A stretch of DNA of 64,000 nt from Dehalococcoidia bacterium (GCA_965261825.1 CBDHED010000004.1:73458-137457), one strand, 5' to 3'. Counted from the first letter of the stretch, positions 10,242 to 19,780 are shown. Notes: generated from the letters alone by a model not told the origin. Program-made: numbers and translations.

Positions 10242-10422
10242 ACAATTGACAAAAGCACCCGAGACCAAGATATGACTGCTGGACGAGTTGAGAATAGTCT
10301 GTACGCATGGACAGAGGATAGCGCGAGCTGGTGGGTATGGGGAAGGAGGAGATGGCAGAGGCACGGCTTTGCCGAACGGATTGCTAGCCCATACAGCGGG
10401 ATGTCTTTATACTGTTGACAAC

Positions 10423-10560
10423 ATGGCTGGGGCCGATGGCGTTGGCCGCTCTACCCAGATAGCCCTCCTCAAGGAGTGGCTGGAGACGGAGGGCTATGCT
10501 GTAATGGACACCGGCTTCCGCCGCTCGGAGTTCACGGGCGACGGCATAGACCGGGCCATG
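10423..10560 (+). pseudogene. Thymidylate kinase-like N-terminal fragment
   Basis: [20 protein letters not shown]-loop segment; similarity ends after about 45 codons. Confidence 0.6.
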
Positions 10561-10574
10561 CGAAGGATGTTGCG

Positions 10575-10749
10575 ATGGCCCAGCACATCCTTGGAGCGGG
10601 CCTCGGCATCGCCATCTTTGATGTTGCTCACCAGATCGATGAGCTGGCCCAAGCGGGGTCTTGTCCAGGGATGGCCTGGCGCAGTCCTTGGGGAGTACGT
10701 CTTTGAGGGCTGGGTTGTCCTGCTCTATGGCAACCATGGCATCATCGAC
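10575..10749 (-). pseudogene. hsdM: Type I restriction-modification M subunit internal fragment, frameshifted
   Basis: [29 protein letters not shown], then after a frameshift [24 protein letters not shown]. Confidence 0.75.
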
Positions 10750-10844
10750 ATCGTGACCTCCTGTAGGTATCAGACCGGAATGAAGGGAGGGGCTGTCTAA
10801 TCATATAAAGATCTTTATCTGAGGACGCTTGCTCCGTTAGGCCA

Positions 10845-11753
10845 TCAAACACCTGACTGTAATTTGCCTCTGAGCTTGGGATCAAGCACATCCCGTAGGC
10901 CGTCTCCCACTAAGTTCACTGCCAGTACAGCGATAGTCAGAAAAAGCCCTGGGAAGAAGAGGATCCAGATCGCGATCTGTGCCACTCGACGGCCGTCACC
11001 CATGACATTGCCCCAGGTAGGAGTTCCTGGTGGCACTCCAGTTCCCAGGAAAGACAGTGCAGCCTCCATCAAGATGGCTACGGCGAAGACATAAGTACCT
11101 TGCACAAGTATTGGAGCCATACAATTAGGCAACAAGTGGACAAACATGATACGCCTGGGCTGGGCCCCGATGGTCCGCGATGCGTCTATAAAGTCGGTCT
11201 CCCGCAAGGTCAACACGGCTCCCCGAACGAGTCGCGCCACAGTGGGTAGGAATACTACCCCAGCGGCTATAACCACACTCCAAACACTGGCACCCCAGAC
11301 CGCCACTAAAGCCAGCGCCAACAGGATCGCTGGAATAGCCCACAGTGCATCCATTACCCGCATGATCACGGCATCGGCGCGGCGATAGTACCCAGATATG
11401 AGACCCAGGAGAGTTCCAAGAGCTACGTCCAGAGTAGCTACCAGGGTTCCAACCATGAGGGATACGCGGGTGCCATAGATGGTTCGAGCATACACGTCCC
11501 TCCCTATATCGTCGGTTCCGAACCAGTGGCTTGCTGATGGAGGCTGCAGTCGATCTCTGACCTCGATCTTGATGGGGTCATGTGAGGTGAGTAGAGGCGC
11601 GGCAACTGCGATCGTGGTGACTAGAATGATTACCGCAAAGCCTAGAGCCATGTTTGGATTGGTACGCAGTGACACCAGGCTTCTCTTCATCACTCGCGTA
11701 AGATAGCTGGGACCAGCAGTCTGCTCTCCTAGTGTCCTCAAGACGTCTTTCAT
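10845..11753 (-). CDS. Peptide ABC transporter permease (DppC family)
   Basis: HWFGTDDIGRD, EAALSFLG, GDGLRDVLDP. Confidence 0.93.
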   Translation of the reverse strand: MKDVLRTLGEQTAGPSYLTRVMKRSLVSLRTNPNMALGFAVIILVTTIAVAAPLLTSHDPIKIEVRDRLQPPSASHWFGTDDIGRDVYARTIYGTRVSLMVGTLVATLDVALGTLLGLISGYYRRADAVIMRVMDALWAIPAILLALALVAVWGASVWSVVIAAGVVFLPTVARLVRGAVLTLRETDFIDASRTIGAQPRRIMFVHLLPNCMAPILVQGTYVFAVAILMEAALSFLGTGVPPGTPTWGNVMGDGRRVAQIAIWILFFPGLFLTIAVLAVNLVGDGLRDVLDPKLRGKLQSGV

Positions 11754-12706
11754 CAGTACCGAATCCTGGGGTCAAGATAGGCGTACAAGATGTCCGTGAG
11801 CAGATTGATCATAATAAACAGGACAGATGTGATTATGATGAGGCCCTGTATGATTGGATAGTCCCGTCGCTGGATTGCCTCTACCAGACCTCGCCCCATC
11901 CCAGGAATTGCGAACACTACCTCTATAATTACGATGCCGGTGACGATGGAGACGAGTCCTAAGCCTATGATGGTCAGAATGGGAATGGAGGCGTTTTTCA
12001 GAGCGTGACGAAACAAGACGACATGCTCAGCCAGTCCCTTGGCGCGTGCCGTGCGTATGTAATCCTCTCGGAGAACCTCCAGCATGCTGGAGCGGGTGAT
12101 CCTTGTGGTCAATGCAGCGGTGGTGATTCCTGCAGTAATTGCCGGGAGGATGAGGTGGTGCATCCAAGAGATGAAGCCCTTATGGAACTCGGAGTAGCCA
12201 ATTGCAGGTAGCCAGCCAAGTTTGACTGCAAAAACGAAAATGAGGTTGTACGCCAGCCAGTACGCTGGAACTGAGAATCCTAGAGCGACGTACACCATCA
12301 CCCCACGGTCAGCTATGGTGTTCGCTCTCCATGCGGCTATTACTCCCAGCGGAATGGCAAAGCCAAACGCCATAGCCAATGCAAGAAGGCCCAGGCTAAG
12401 GGTAGGCTCGAGCCGCTGCAAGTAGAGTGAGGATACGGACTGCCCAGTAAAGACCGATGTCCCTAGGTCGCCTTTGGCAGTCTGCCAAAGAAACTTTATG
12501 TATTGCTTGTATATCGGCTGGTCAAGGCCAAGATGGTGGCGGATTGCCTCGATGTTCTGAACGGCAAGGTCGTTTGATTCGTTGCTTCCCAACAATAGAA
12601 CGGCGGGGTCTCCTGGCGCAAGGCGTACAAGGAAAAATACAAATGTGACTATGAAGAACACAACAGGGATAGTCGCTAGAAGTCGGCGGACAATATATCC
12701 TCTCAC
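11753..12706 (-). CDS. Peptide ABC transporter permease (DppB family)
   Basis: APGDPA, EDYIRTARAKGL, LDPRIRY. Confidence 0.93.
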   Translation of the reverse strand: MRGYIVRRLLATIPVVFFIVTFVFFLVRLAPGDPAVLLLGSNESNDLAVQNIEAIRHHLGLDQPIYKQYIKFLWQTAKGDLGTSVFTGQSVSSLYLQRLEPTLSLGLLALAMAFGFAIPLGVIAAWRANTIADRGVMVYVALGFSVPAYWLAYNLIFVFAVKLGWLPAIGYSEFHKGFISWMHHLILPAITAGITTAALTTRITRSSMLEVLREDYIRTARAKGLAEHVVLFRHALKNASIPILTIIGLGLVSIVTGIVIIEVVFAIPGMGRGLVEAIQRRDYPIIQGLIIITSVLFIMINLLTDILYAYLDPRIRY

Positions 12707-12863
12707 TACACCACCTTGTTACCGACAGGTAGGAGGGTAGAACGGATTCGCAAACATGGAGTTTACAGCTTGAGCCGGCGTCTCAATACGTCATCCATCC
12801 AATTCAGGGACGTGCCTTTATGGGGGGGAACTCGGAAATAGTGTCAACTCTAACCTGTTCCGC

Positions 12864-14537
12864 CTATTTATCTAGCCAAGTATTGGCCAGCCACATCACC
12901 GACCACGGCTCATAGCCCTTGACCCACGTCCGCTGCGCTGAAATGGTCTTAAGTTGACCAATCATATAACAGCAGCCCGCTTCCTCTTGAGCCAACTTCT
13001 GAATCTCGTTGAGCCACTGCATATGCTTAGTAGGGTCAGTCTCGAAGGCGACAAGTTGGGCAAGCTCCTGCATACGGGTGCTAGGCTTGTAGCGGGAGAT
13101 GAAACTACTGACAGGCGCACTCCGGAACCGGCCGGGTGCTGAGTTCGCCCAGGATTGGTCAACAATGTATATGCTCCACCCGGTTGCATCATGCGCCTTT
13201 GCCTGTTGCGCAGCATAGTCTGCTGCGGTCAATTCGACGTTGAATCCCGCTTGTTTGAGATCCTGCTCCATGATCTGACCTACAGCGAACAGGAACGACA
13301 CGTCCTGTACACCCAGAATGGTGATTTTCTCACCATTGTAACCCGCGTCCTGAGCCAACTTTCTGGCCAGATCCTTATCATTCTGGCCGTAGAGGTCCAT
13401 ACCGGCCGTGATGTCTGCCCACTTGATGGGGCCAGTTATGGGATCAACGCCATCCACACACCACGCCTGAACTCCGCAGTCCAAGAAGAATTCTGAACCA
13501 CCACCCGCGGCTAGCAGTGCCGCCTCTGTGTCAATGGCGGTCACAATAGCGCGGCGGATATCAGGGTTATCAGTTGGCGGATTCTCGTGGTTGAACCATA
13601 TGAATGGCCTGACACCTGGGTCGTTGATGGAAACCACTATGTCATTGTTGTCGTTGAGACGGTCATAGAAGTCGTTAGCGATCTCGAATACATAGTCAAG
13701 GTTTCCTGCCTCCAGCCCTGCAAGCCTGGTGGCCTGGTCAGGCACTTCCATGAACCAGATCTCGTCCAGGTACTGGGGCCGCTTCCCGGCAAAACCGCTA
13801 GTAGGTTCATCCCAATCTACGTATCCCTCGAACCGTTCTAACTCCACACGGTCTCCACGTACCCAGTTCTTCAGCTTGTAAGGCCCTGACCCCACGTATT
13901 CTGTAACCGATTGGTTATGAGGAGTCACCGAAGCGATGCGCGCCGGCATGATATGTGGCACTTGGCCTGCCATGGCGGCCACAGCGTTTAGTATGGTCAC
14001 AACAGGTTTTTGGAAAGTGAGCCGGACGGTCTGATCATTGACTGCTTCCGCTTTGTCTAGAACTCCCCAAGGGACCCCAAATAGTGATGTCGGAGACTGA
14101 GCTTGGCTATAGCGGTCCAAAACGGCCAGAATGTCATTGGAGGTCACAGCCGACCCATCATGGTATTTAGCACCTGGTCGGATGGTAAACGTATAGACGG
14201 TGTTGTTACCCGAGATTTCCCAATCGGCCAGCCGGGGCTTGATGGCGTAGTTGGCATCGAAAGTAACAACCGTCTCATACATGTGGGCTGCCACGTTGCG
14301 TGTAGCAAACAAGGATGTGAACAAGTTATCCAGAGACTGGGCTCCTGCCTGGTTCACTCCTCTGATGACGCCGCCATGCTGCGGTTCTCCTGTACTTGGA
14401 GCGCCGGTAGGAGTTGGGGCGGCCTGTGGTCCAGCTATTGTTGGTGTCGGAGTAGCTTCCTCAGCCCCCTGGCAGCCTATAACAAAAAGCACGAGAAGCA
14501 AAATCACAGCAACACGGCACACACTCCAAAATTTCAT
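12864..14537 (-). CDS. ABC transporter substrate-binding lipoprotein, family 5
   Basis: Lipobox VIGC, YTFTIRPGAKYHDG, VGSGPYK. Confidence 0.9.
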   Translation of the reverse strand: MKFWSVCRVAVILLLVLFVIGCQGAEEATPTPTIAGPQAAPTPTGAPSTGEPQHGGVIRGVNQAGAQSLDNLFTSLFATRNVAAHMYETVVTFDANYAIKPRLADWEISGNNTVYTFTIRPGAKYHDGSAVTSNDILAVLDRYSQAQSPTSLFGVPWGVLDKAEAVNDQTVRLTFQKPVVTILNAVAAMAGQVPHIMPARIASVTPHNQSVTEYVGSGPYKLKNWVRGDRVELERFEGYVDWDEPTSGFAGKRPQYLDEIWFMEVPDQATRLAGLEAGNLDYVFEIANDFYDRLNDNNDIVVSINDPGVRPFIWFNHENPPTDNPDIRRAIVTAIDTEAALLAAGGGSEFFLDCGVQAWCVDGVDPITGPIKWADITAGMDLYGQNDKDLARKLAQDAGYNGEKITILGVQDVSFLFAVGQIMEQDLKQAGFNVELTAADYAAQQAKAHDATGWSIYIVDQSWANSAPGRFRSAPVSSFISRYKPSTRMQELAQLVAFETDPTKHMQWLNEIQKLAQEEAGCCYMIGQLKTISAQRTWVKGYEPWSVMWLANTWLDK

Positions 14538-15318
14538 GTGACGCCTCCTGTATAGGCCCGGGTTAATTACGAATTAAATACGATGTGTTTGTAAGCTGTC
14601 AAAGATTACGGATTCAATTGGTCAAGAATCTCTCAAAAAGCAATGCATGGCTCTGATATTGTACGTTAGACGCTATACTTAAATGGAGCGCCCAAATCTG
14701 ATACTTCTGGGCACACCTAGGGCAATCTATGACGTATTTAGTTATATTAAATTGATAATTGCACATCATTTGTCCATTCATAATCAAATCTCACCATCCT
14801 AGAGAGAGGCGGATCGAACTCGTGGCCGTTCTGAGCGTCAGTATGGAAGGCATCGCGTCCGAAATCATACTAGCTCGTGTGAAGCGCGGCGCCTTCTTAG
14901 CGGAACTTCTCCGGGCGTCCCATTTACCACCGGAAGTCGCCGTGAGTGCCCACATGCTCTGCCTGGTAAGTCAGATTCGAACTGGCATCAGTTAGAGAGC
15001 CGTTGCCTGGAACGAGTAGCTGCACGCTCCATTCTCTGCCTAAAGGGCACGGGCCCTCTCCAAATCGGAGGGGTCCAATCTGTGGCCGTCTGGCCGGACA
15101 CAGCTTCCAGTCAGGAGGTAGTCCGCCGCCAGGAGCAGTTCCGACCCACGGCGGTGGGTCTAACGAACGTCTCCGATATTGATGAGACTCAGGATGTCTT
15201 CCGGTGCCGGGTCACAGGACTCGGGCGGGCAGGGTTCGGCGCCATCCATGGCCTGGGCATGGACTGTCCTGCCGTTAATAACCACCGGATAGGTCTTGCA
15301 GGCCTCGAATATGCGAGC

Positions 15319-15423
15319 CTGTCCTCCATCGTGCACGGGCAGAGGTTCATTACGGCAGAGACAGCCTTGCTGTTGGGGCGCTTCTTTGGGAACTCTGCGA
15401 GGTTCTGGATGGGGCTGCAGGTG
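15319..15423 (+). pseudogene. higA: HigA-type antitoxin C-terminal fragment
   Basis: LSSIVHGQRFITAETALLLGRFFGNSARFWMGLQ; N-terminal half missing. Confidence 0.7.
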
Positions 15424-15542
15424 AGGTTCGCCCCCTGCGGCGGCGGCTGAAGTGCTGAAAATGGCGCTATCTATCATTTCATCTGGTATGAGGAAGACCC
15501 GGCAGGATACTAACTCCAGGCAAGGTCAGACCTACTGGGGCC

Positions 15543-16463
15543 TCAGACCGCGTACAGAGGATTATCTCTTGTGATGAGGCGTTTTTCTTCGGCGAGGCCG
15601 CGCCGGAGGTATTTGGGCAGGGTGAACATGCCGGAGTGGGTGGCGCCGTCGTAGTAGCGGAGGTCGCGGGTTACCCGCTGCCGGATGCGTTGGTCTATCT
15701 CCCGAACCGGTAGGGCTTCTATGTTGTCTCCCGCGATGATGAAGCCCCAGAGCAGTCCAAAGGACGGTACGTGGGCTTGGCAGGGGGCGGTGGCGGGGAA
15801 GACCGAGCCAAGGGTGTGATGGATAGCGGTGAACACCTCGGCGTAGTTGAGCGGGCCGGAGGGCCCGGACTGGGTCACGATAAGTCCGCCGGGGTTAAGG
15901 CGCTGTCTGGTCAGAGAGTAGAACTCCTGGGTGTAGAGGAGATGTGCCGGCCCCCCTTCCAGTGGATCCGGCACATCTATGATGATGAAATCGTACTTAT
16001 CGTCGTTGTCTTCCAAATAGCGGTATGCGTCGTCGTGAACTAGGGTGAGCCGTGGGTCATCGAATGCGCCCTGATGATGGTTGGGCAAATGTTGCTTGCA
16101 CAACTCCACCACCTCACGGTCAAGGTCCACCATGGTGACTCGCTCAACCGTGCTGTGAGCCAGCGCCTCGCGGAGGGTTGCGCCTTCGCCGCCGCCGGCA
16201 ATGAACACAGACCTTGGGCTGGATATGGAAGTGAGGCCGGGGTGGACAAGGGCCTCGTGGTAGACGAACTCGTCAGCCTCTGAAGACTGGGTACGTCCGT
16301 CTAAGACAAGGGTCTTTCCGAAAGGTACGGTCTCCAGGATCTCGACGCGCTGATACTTGGTCTTGCCTGAGTAAGCTACCTTCGACAGGCTGGACGCCAG
16401 GAACAGGTCGGGCGTTATGTATTCGTAATACCACCTGGTGGGTGGATCGGGTACGGTTGGCAC
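15543..16463 (-). CDS. speE: Spermidine synthase / polyamine aminopropyltransferase
   Basis: LVLDGRTQS, YHEALVHP, AGGGEG, DVPDP; GTG start at 16463 just after the speD stop. Confidence 0.92.
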   Translation of the reverse strand: MPTVPDPPTRWYYEYITPDLFLASSLSKVAYSGKTKYQRVEILETVPFGKTLVLDGRTQSSEADEFVYHEALVHPGLTSISSPRSVFIAGGGEGATLREALAHSTVERVTMVDLDREVVELCKQHLPNHHQGAFDDPRLTLVHDDAYRYLEDNDDKYDFIIIDVPDPLEGGPAHLLYTQEFYSLTRQRLNPGGLIVTQSGPSGPLNYAEVFTAIHHTLGSVFPATAPCQAHVPSFGLLWGFIIAGDNIEALPVREIDQRIRQRVTRDLRYYDGATHSGMFTLPKYLRRGLAEEKRLITRDNPLYAV

Positions 16464-16467
16464 TGTA

Positions 16468-16842
16468 CTAGCCTGCGGCGGCGAGCTCGGTGAGGACGCC
16501 GCGGGCCAATTCCGTAGTGGATGATTCAGCGGCGCGGAACTTGTCTTTGAGGAACAGGGCTGCTTTATGTGGCTGGAACCCCTCACTACAGGAGAAGATA
16601 TCCACTGCGGCATAGGAGTACTCCGGCCAGGTGTGGATTGTCAAATGAGACTCCGCAATAGCCACCACGCCGGTGACGCCCATGGGGCTGAACTTGTGAA
16701 AAGTTTCGTCGATTATGGTTGCCCCGACGACTTGCGCGGCTTGCATCATAGAGTCTCTTACGTAATTAAGGTCGTTCAGTAGGCTGCTGTCACACTGCTT
16801 GAGCTCTTGTATCAGATGTATTCCTAGTGCATTCAATCTCAC
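16468..16842 (-). CDS. speD: S-adenosylmethionine decarboxylase proenzyme (short SpeH type)
   Basis: GVTGVVAIAESHLTIHTWPE with E-S cleavage site; DIFSC. Confidence 0.94.
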   Translation of the reverse strand: MRLNALGIHLIQELKQCDSSLLNDLNYVRDSMMQAAQVVGATIIDETFHKFSPMGVTGVVAIAESHLTIHTWPEYSYAAVDIFSCSEGFQPHKAALFLKDKFRAAESSTTELARGVLTELAAAG

Positions 16843-16971
16843 CCGCCCTCCGATTTGAAATCACAAACGGTAATTATACCTGAGTCGGTTGAATGCGCAA
16901 CCCTTCCTACTATTGGCCTCAAGTGGCCGGGTGCTTTAGGATTGGAAATACGCCAAACGGAATTATTGCAT

Positions 16972-17526
16972 TTATGTGCGCAACAAGACCGAATCTATAA
17001 AGTCTTGGGTGATCCGTGTTCTTTCGTCTGCTTCCTGCCACAAGTCTGAGTGGGGTTTTTCCCCGTGGAACAACTTTACTACCACACCTTCTGTCTTAGC
17101 AGCGGTGACAGCCGGAATGAAATCACTATCTCCGGCGAACAATAGTGCCTCATGGATGTTCTGTTTGGCGGCGAGTTGCACCATGTCCACACCTAGCAGA
17201 ATGTCAACACGTTTCTGTTCGTACCTTGGTCTTCCTCGATCATCAACTCCACGCCACGCAAGACGTCCTAGACGAACTGTATAGCGCGGCAGTCGCTCCA
17301 GCATCTCGAAGAATCTCCGCTGGACTGAGTAACGCTCACGCTCGTCTTGCGTGGGCGGATTTCCCTGATACGACGGACAGTGGTAGTAGTAAGTTCTAAG
17401 GATGTCCGAATCACCAGCCATTCGCTCGGACAGGGCGCGGTAATCAATGCGAACCCCACCGAACTCTTCTTTCAGTAGATAGTCGAGATAAGCACCGTCA
17501 ATGAATATCGCCGCACGGTTCGCCAA
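16972..17526 (-). CDS. NYN/LabA (PIN-fold) domain protein
   Basis: IFIDGAY, QKRVD, AGDSDFIP acidic motifs; TTG start with GGAGG SD. Confidence 0.88.
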   Translation of the reverse strand: MANRAAIFIDGAYLDYLLKEEFGGVRIDYRALSERMAGDSDILRTYYYHCPSYQGNPPTQDERERYSVQRRFFEMLERLPRYTVRLGRLAWRGVDDRGRPRYEQKRVDILLGVDMVQLAAKQNIHEALLFAGDSDFIPAVTAAKTEGVVVKLFHGEKPHSDLWQEADERTRITQDFIDSVLLRT

Positions 17527-17550
17527 TCGCTTCAGCCTCCAGACAGGGGG

Positions 17551-17580
17551 AAACGGGATGCTCTTACGAGCATCCCGTTT
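17551..17580 (-). other. Perfect 13-bp hairpin with GNRA loop in the NYN gene leader
   Basis: AAACGGGATGCTC-GTAA-GAGCATCCCGTTT on the minus strand. Confidence 0.7.
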
Positions 17581-17705
17581 TAACGAAACATACCAACCTG
17601 GAGTGCGCCTCAAAGGACGGACACCAGGGACTATTCACATCTAGAGTATATACACAAGCCGCTGGAAAAAGTCAATAGCGAAGATTATGCAATCCCCTTT
17701 ATTCC

Positions 17706-18728
17706 TTAAAGGCCAATTGCTTGTTCCAGAGTCTCTAAATCGGCGTGGCACTGAAGCAGGTCCGCGAATGCATCCGCTTTGTCGGTATGGTGTATGGCGG
17801 CCCCGTCGAAGAGAGTATCCATCTGCCTGGAGGCTTCCAACGTCCCCTGCTGGATGAGTATCACAGGCACCTCTTCCTCTCTGGCTTCGTGCTCAATGTA
17901 CTGGATGGGTCGGTGGCCGCCGGTGAGTACGAGACAGCGCGTGGGTGTCCGCAGGGCAGCCATCTGTATATCGGGGCGGTCGGCGCGAACCAGAACCGCC
18001 TTGGTGTGGTTAATACCGAAGTATTCCACTCCGTTATCGAGGACGATTCCTCCAATGAGGACGTTGTCAAACAGATGGTCTTTCTTGTCCTGTCCAAGGA
18101 AGTACTCGCCGTTGAGGTGCTCAGCCATGCGATCGACGGTGACGGCTTGGAGCCGTCGCTCCTCGGGAAGGAGCGCCAAGACGGATATGTTCTGGGATCG
18201 GAGACCTTCGGCCAGCTGGGCCTGGGCGTCCTGGGTTCGGTACTTGTAGACGCGATTGACAACCACGCCTGCCAGTCTGTCTGCGAAACCGCTGGCTGCT
18301 TCCACAATCCGCTGTGCGGTGAGGTCAGGAGAGTAGCGCACCACCAGGAGTACCCGGGCGTCCAGGGCAGCGACCAGACTCTGCACCAGGGGAGCGGTGT
18401 CTATGCCCTCGTCAAGGAGGGCAGGAGCTTCTATTATCGTGTCGTGGCTCGGCATAGAGGCGTTGGAGATTGCTTGGGCGGTATCTTTGGGCAGGTTGCT
18501 GCCGGCATGGGAAGGCGGTATGGTCAAAGGCCAGCCAGCGGGCGGCGTGGCTCCGGTAAGGGAGGCGAGGAAGGCAGAGTCCCGGCCGGCGTCATCTTTG
18601 CCGGCGACGCGGAGCGGATTGAGGGCGTGGACGGCACGGCCCTGCTCCATGAGAAGACGGGCGATGCCGGAGGAGAGGGCCGTCTTGCCCTCACCCTGTG
18701 TCAGTGAAGTAACGCATAGCACTGCCAT
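17706..18728 (-). CDS. DRTGG-domain / BioD-like phosphotransacetylase family protein
   Basis: GEGKT P-loop, ADRPDIQ and LVLTGG motifs; ATG start at 18728 (the longer ORF runs into tRNA-Gly). Confidence 0.82.
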   Translation of the reverse strand: MAVLCVTSLTQGEGKTALSSGIARLLMEQGRAVHALNPLRVAGKDDAGRDSAFLASLTGATPPAGWPLTIPPSHAGSNLPKDTAQAISNASMPSHDTIIEAPALLDEGIDTAPLVQSLVAALDARVLLVVRYSPDLTAQRIVEAASGFADRLAGVVVNRVYKYRTQDAQAQLAEGLRSQNISVLALLPEERRLQAVTVDRMAEHLNGEYFLGQDKKDHLFDNVLIGGIVLDNGVEYFGINHTKAVLVRADRPDIQMAALRTPTRCLVLTGGHRPIQYIEHEAREEEVPVILIQQGTLEASRQMDTLFDGAAIHHTDKADAFADLLQCHADLETLEQAIGL

Positions 18729-18767
18729 TTGCCCCTCCAGAGCCCTATGAGTCCACAACTCTACAGA

Positions 18768-18794
18768 AAAAGCCGCCCCTGAGCGGGGCGACGT
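18768..18794 (-). terminator. Putative intrinsic terminator after tRNA-Gly
   Basis: GTCGCCCC-gctca-GGGGCGGC followed by TTTTCT on the minus strand. Confidence 0.55.
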
Positions 18795-18803
18795 TGCTTG
18801 TCC

Positions 18804-18878
18804 TGGAGCGGAAGACGGGATTCGAACCCGTGACCCTCTCCTTGGCAAGGAGATGCTCTACCACTGAGCCACTTCCGC
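18804..18878 (-). tRNA. tRNA-Gly(GCC)
   Basis: GCGGAAG/CTTCCGC acceptor stem, TCTCC-TTGCCAA-GGAGA anticodon arm, encoded CCA. Confidence 0.96.
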
Positions 18879-18911
18879 TTGCTGCCGACCGTCATGCACC
18901 AGCGTGTCCAG

Positions 18912-18983
18912 TGCCGAGGGGCAGAGTCGAACTGCCGACACGTGGATTTTCAGTCCACTGCTCTACCACTGAGCTACCTCGGC
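18912..18983 (-). tRNA. tRNA-Phe(GAA), CCA not encoded
   Basis: GCCGAGG/CCTCGGC acceptor stem, GTGGA-CTGAAAA-TCCAC anticodon arm, GTTCGAC T-loop. Confidence 0.95.
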
Positions 18984-19110
18984 GCGAGGTTCATAGTATG
19001 ATAGGGGTGAATATGGTGTCAAGGCAAAACGGACGTGCCTCTTATGCCATGAAACATGAGTGGCGCTCTGAAGTGAAAGGTCCCCTTTATAGGCAATTGA
19101 CTACGATTTA

Positions 19111-19139
19111 TTGACAGAGTTGTCAGAACTAACTACGAT
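19111..19139 (+). promoter_or_regulatory. Sigma70-type promoter of the Lrp gene with overlapping palindrome
   Basis: TTGACA-N17-TACGAT; TGACA-gagt-TGTCA at 19112-19125. Confidence 0.6.
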
Positions 19140-19191
19140 ATCTGACATTGAATGGTTCCATACTATGAAACGAGACGAAAAAGATGAAAAA

Positions 19192-19632
19192 ATGGACGAC
19201 TTAGACCGCAAGATTATCGAGCTCCTGCAAAAAGACGGCAGGGCCTCCAACGCACAGATTGCACGCGAGGTGGGGGTCAGCGAGGGAACAGTACGGAGAC
19301 GCTTGCGTCATCTAATTCAAAGCGAAATCATCCGTGTTGCCGCTATCCCGGATCCCGAGAAAATAGGATTCAACACCGTGGCCCTCGTCGGCATACAAAC
19401 CGACCCGAACATGGTGGATGAAGTGGCCAGCAATCTGGCTAAGCTGTCGGAGACTCAATACGTCTCTCTGACAACCGGCTCCTTTGATATCTTTGTCTGG
19501 GCGGCCTTGCCAAGCTCAGAAGAACTGGGCAACTTCCTGCGCAACAAGGTTGGCGTTACACCGGGGATCCGCCGTACCGAAACTTTTGTCAATCTAGTCA
19601 TAATAAAGAAGGGTTACGGGATAGTGGTCTAA
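19192..19632 (+). CDS. Lrp/AsnC family transcriptional regulator
   Basis: MDDLDRKIIELLQKDGRAS HTH start, TGSFD motif; start could be 19165. Confidence 0.92.
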   Translation: MDDLDRKIIELLQKDGRASNAQIAREVGVSEGTVRRRLRHLIQSEIIRVAAIPDPEKIGFNTVALVGIQTDPNMVDEVASNLAKLSETQYVSLTTGSFDIFVWAALPSSEELGNFLRNKVGVTPGIRRTETFVNLVIIKKGYGIVV

Positions 19633-19635
19633 TGG

Positions 19636-19663
19636 TTGACAAGGCCAGGCTTGGTGCTACACT
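19636..19663 (+). promoter_or_regulatory. Sigma70-type promoter of the sulfate-assimilation operon
   Basis: TTGACA-N16-TACACT with extended -10 TG. Confidence 0.7.
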
Positions 19664-19673
19664 AACCAGCAAT

Positions 19674-19712
19674 ATGTCTACAAGAATCTGCACCTGTTCC
19701 TGTATGAAATAG
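19674..19712 (+). CDS. Cys-rich leader peptide 1 (MSTRICTCSCMK)
   Basis: ATG TCT ACA AGA ATC TGC ACC TGT TCC TGT ATG AAA TAG; starts 10 nt after the -10 box; 3 Cys in 12 codons; precedes a terminator and the sulfite reductase gene. Confidence 0.75.
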   Translation: MSTRICTCSCMK

Positions 19713-19740
19713 GGGTAAGCGTTCTGGGAAGCACTTCAAC

Positions 19741-19780
19741 CCCTCTCAGTTCATTGGCCAAGCTGGGAGGGTTTTTTATT
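19741..19780 (+). terminator. Attenuator terminator 1
   Basis: CCCTCTCAGTT/AGCTGGGAGGG stem followed by TTTTTTATT, inside the leader upstream of the first structural gene. Confidence 0.82.

Noticed and set aside
10288..10800. 170-aa ORF as a real gene
   Set aside because: Chance read-through of a kinase fragment into antisense hsdM debris
14760..15310. Possible degraded minus-strand gene
   Set aside because: Multiple stops and no family I can name with confidence
18912..18983. tRNA-Phe lacking CCA as an integration scar
   Set aside because: Non-encoded CCA is common; no duplicated tRNA 3' end or integrase seen
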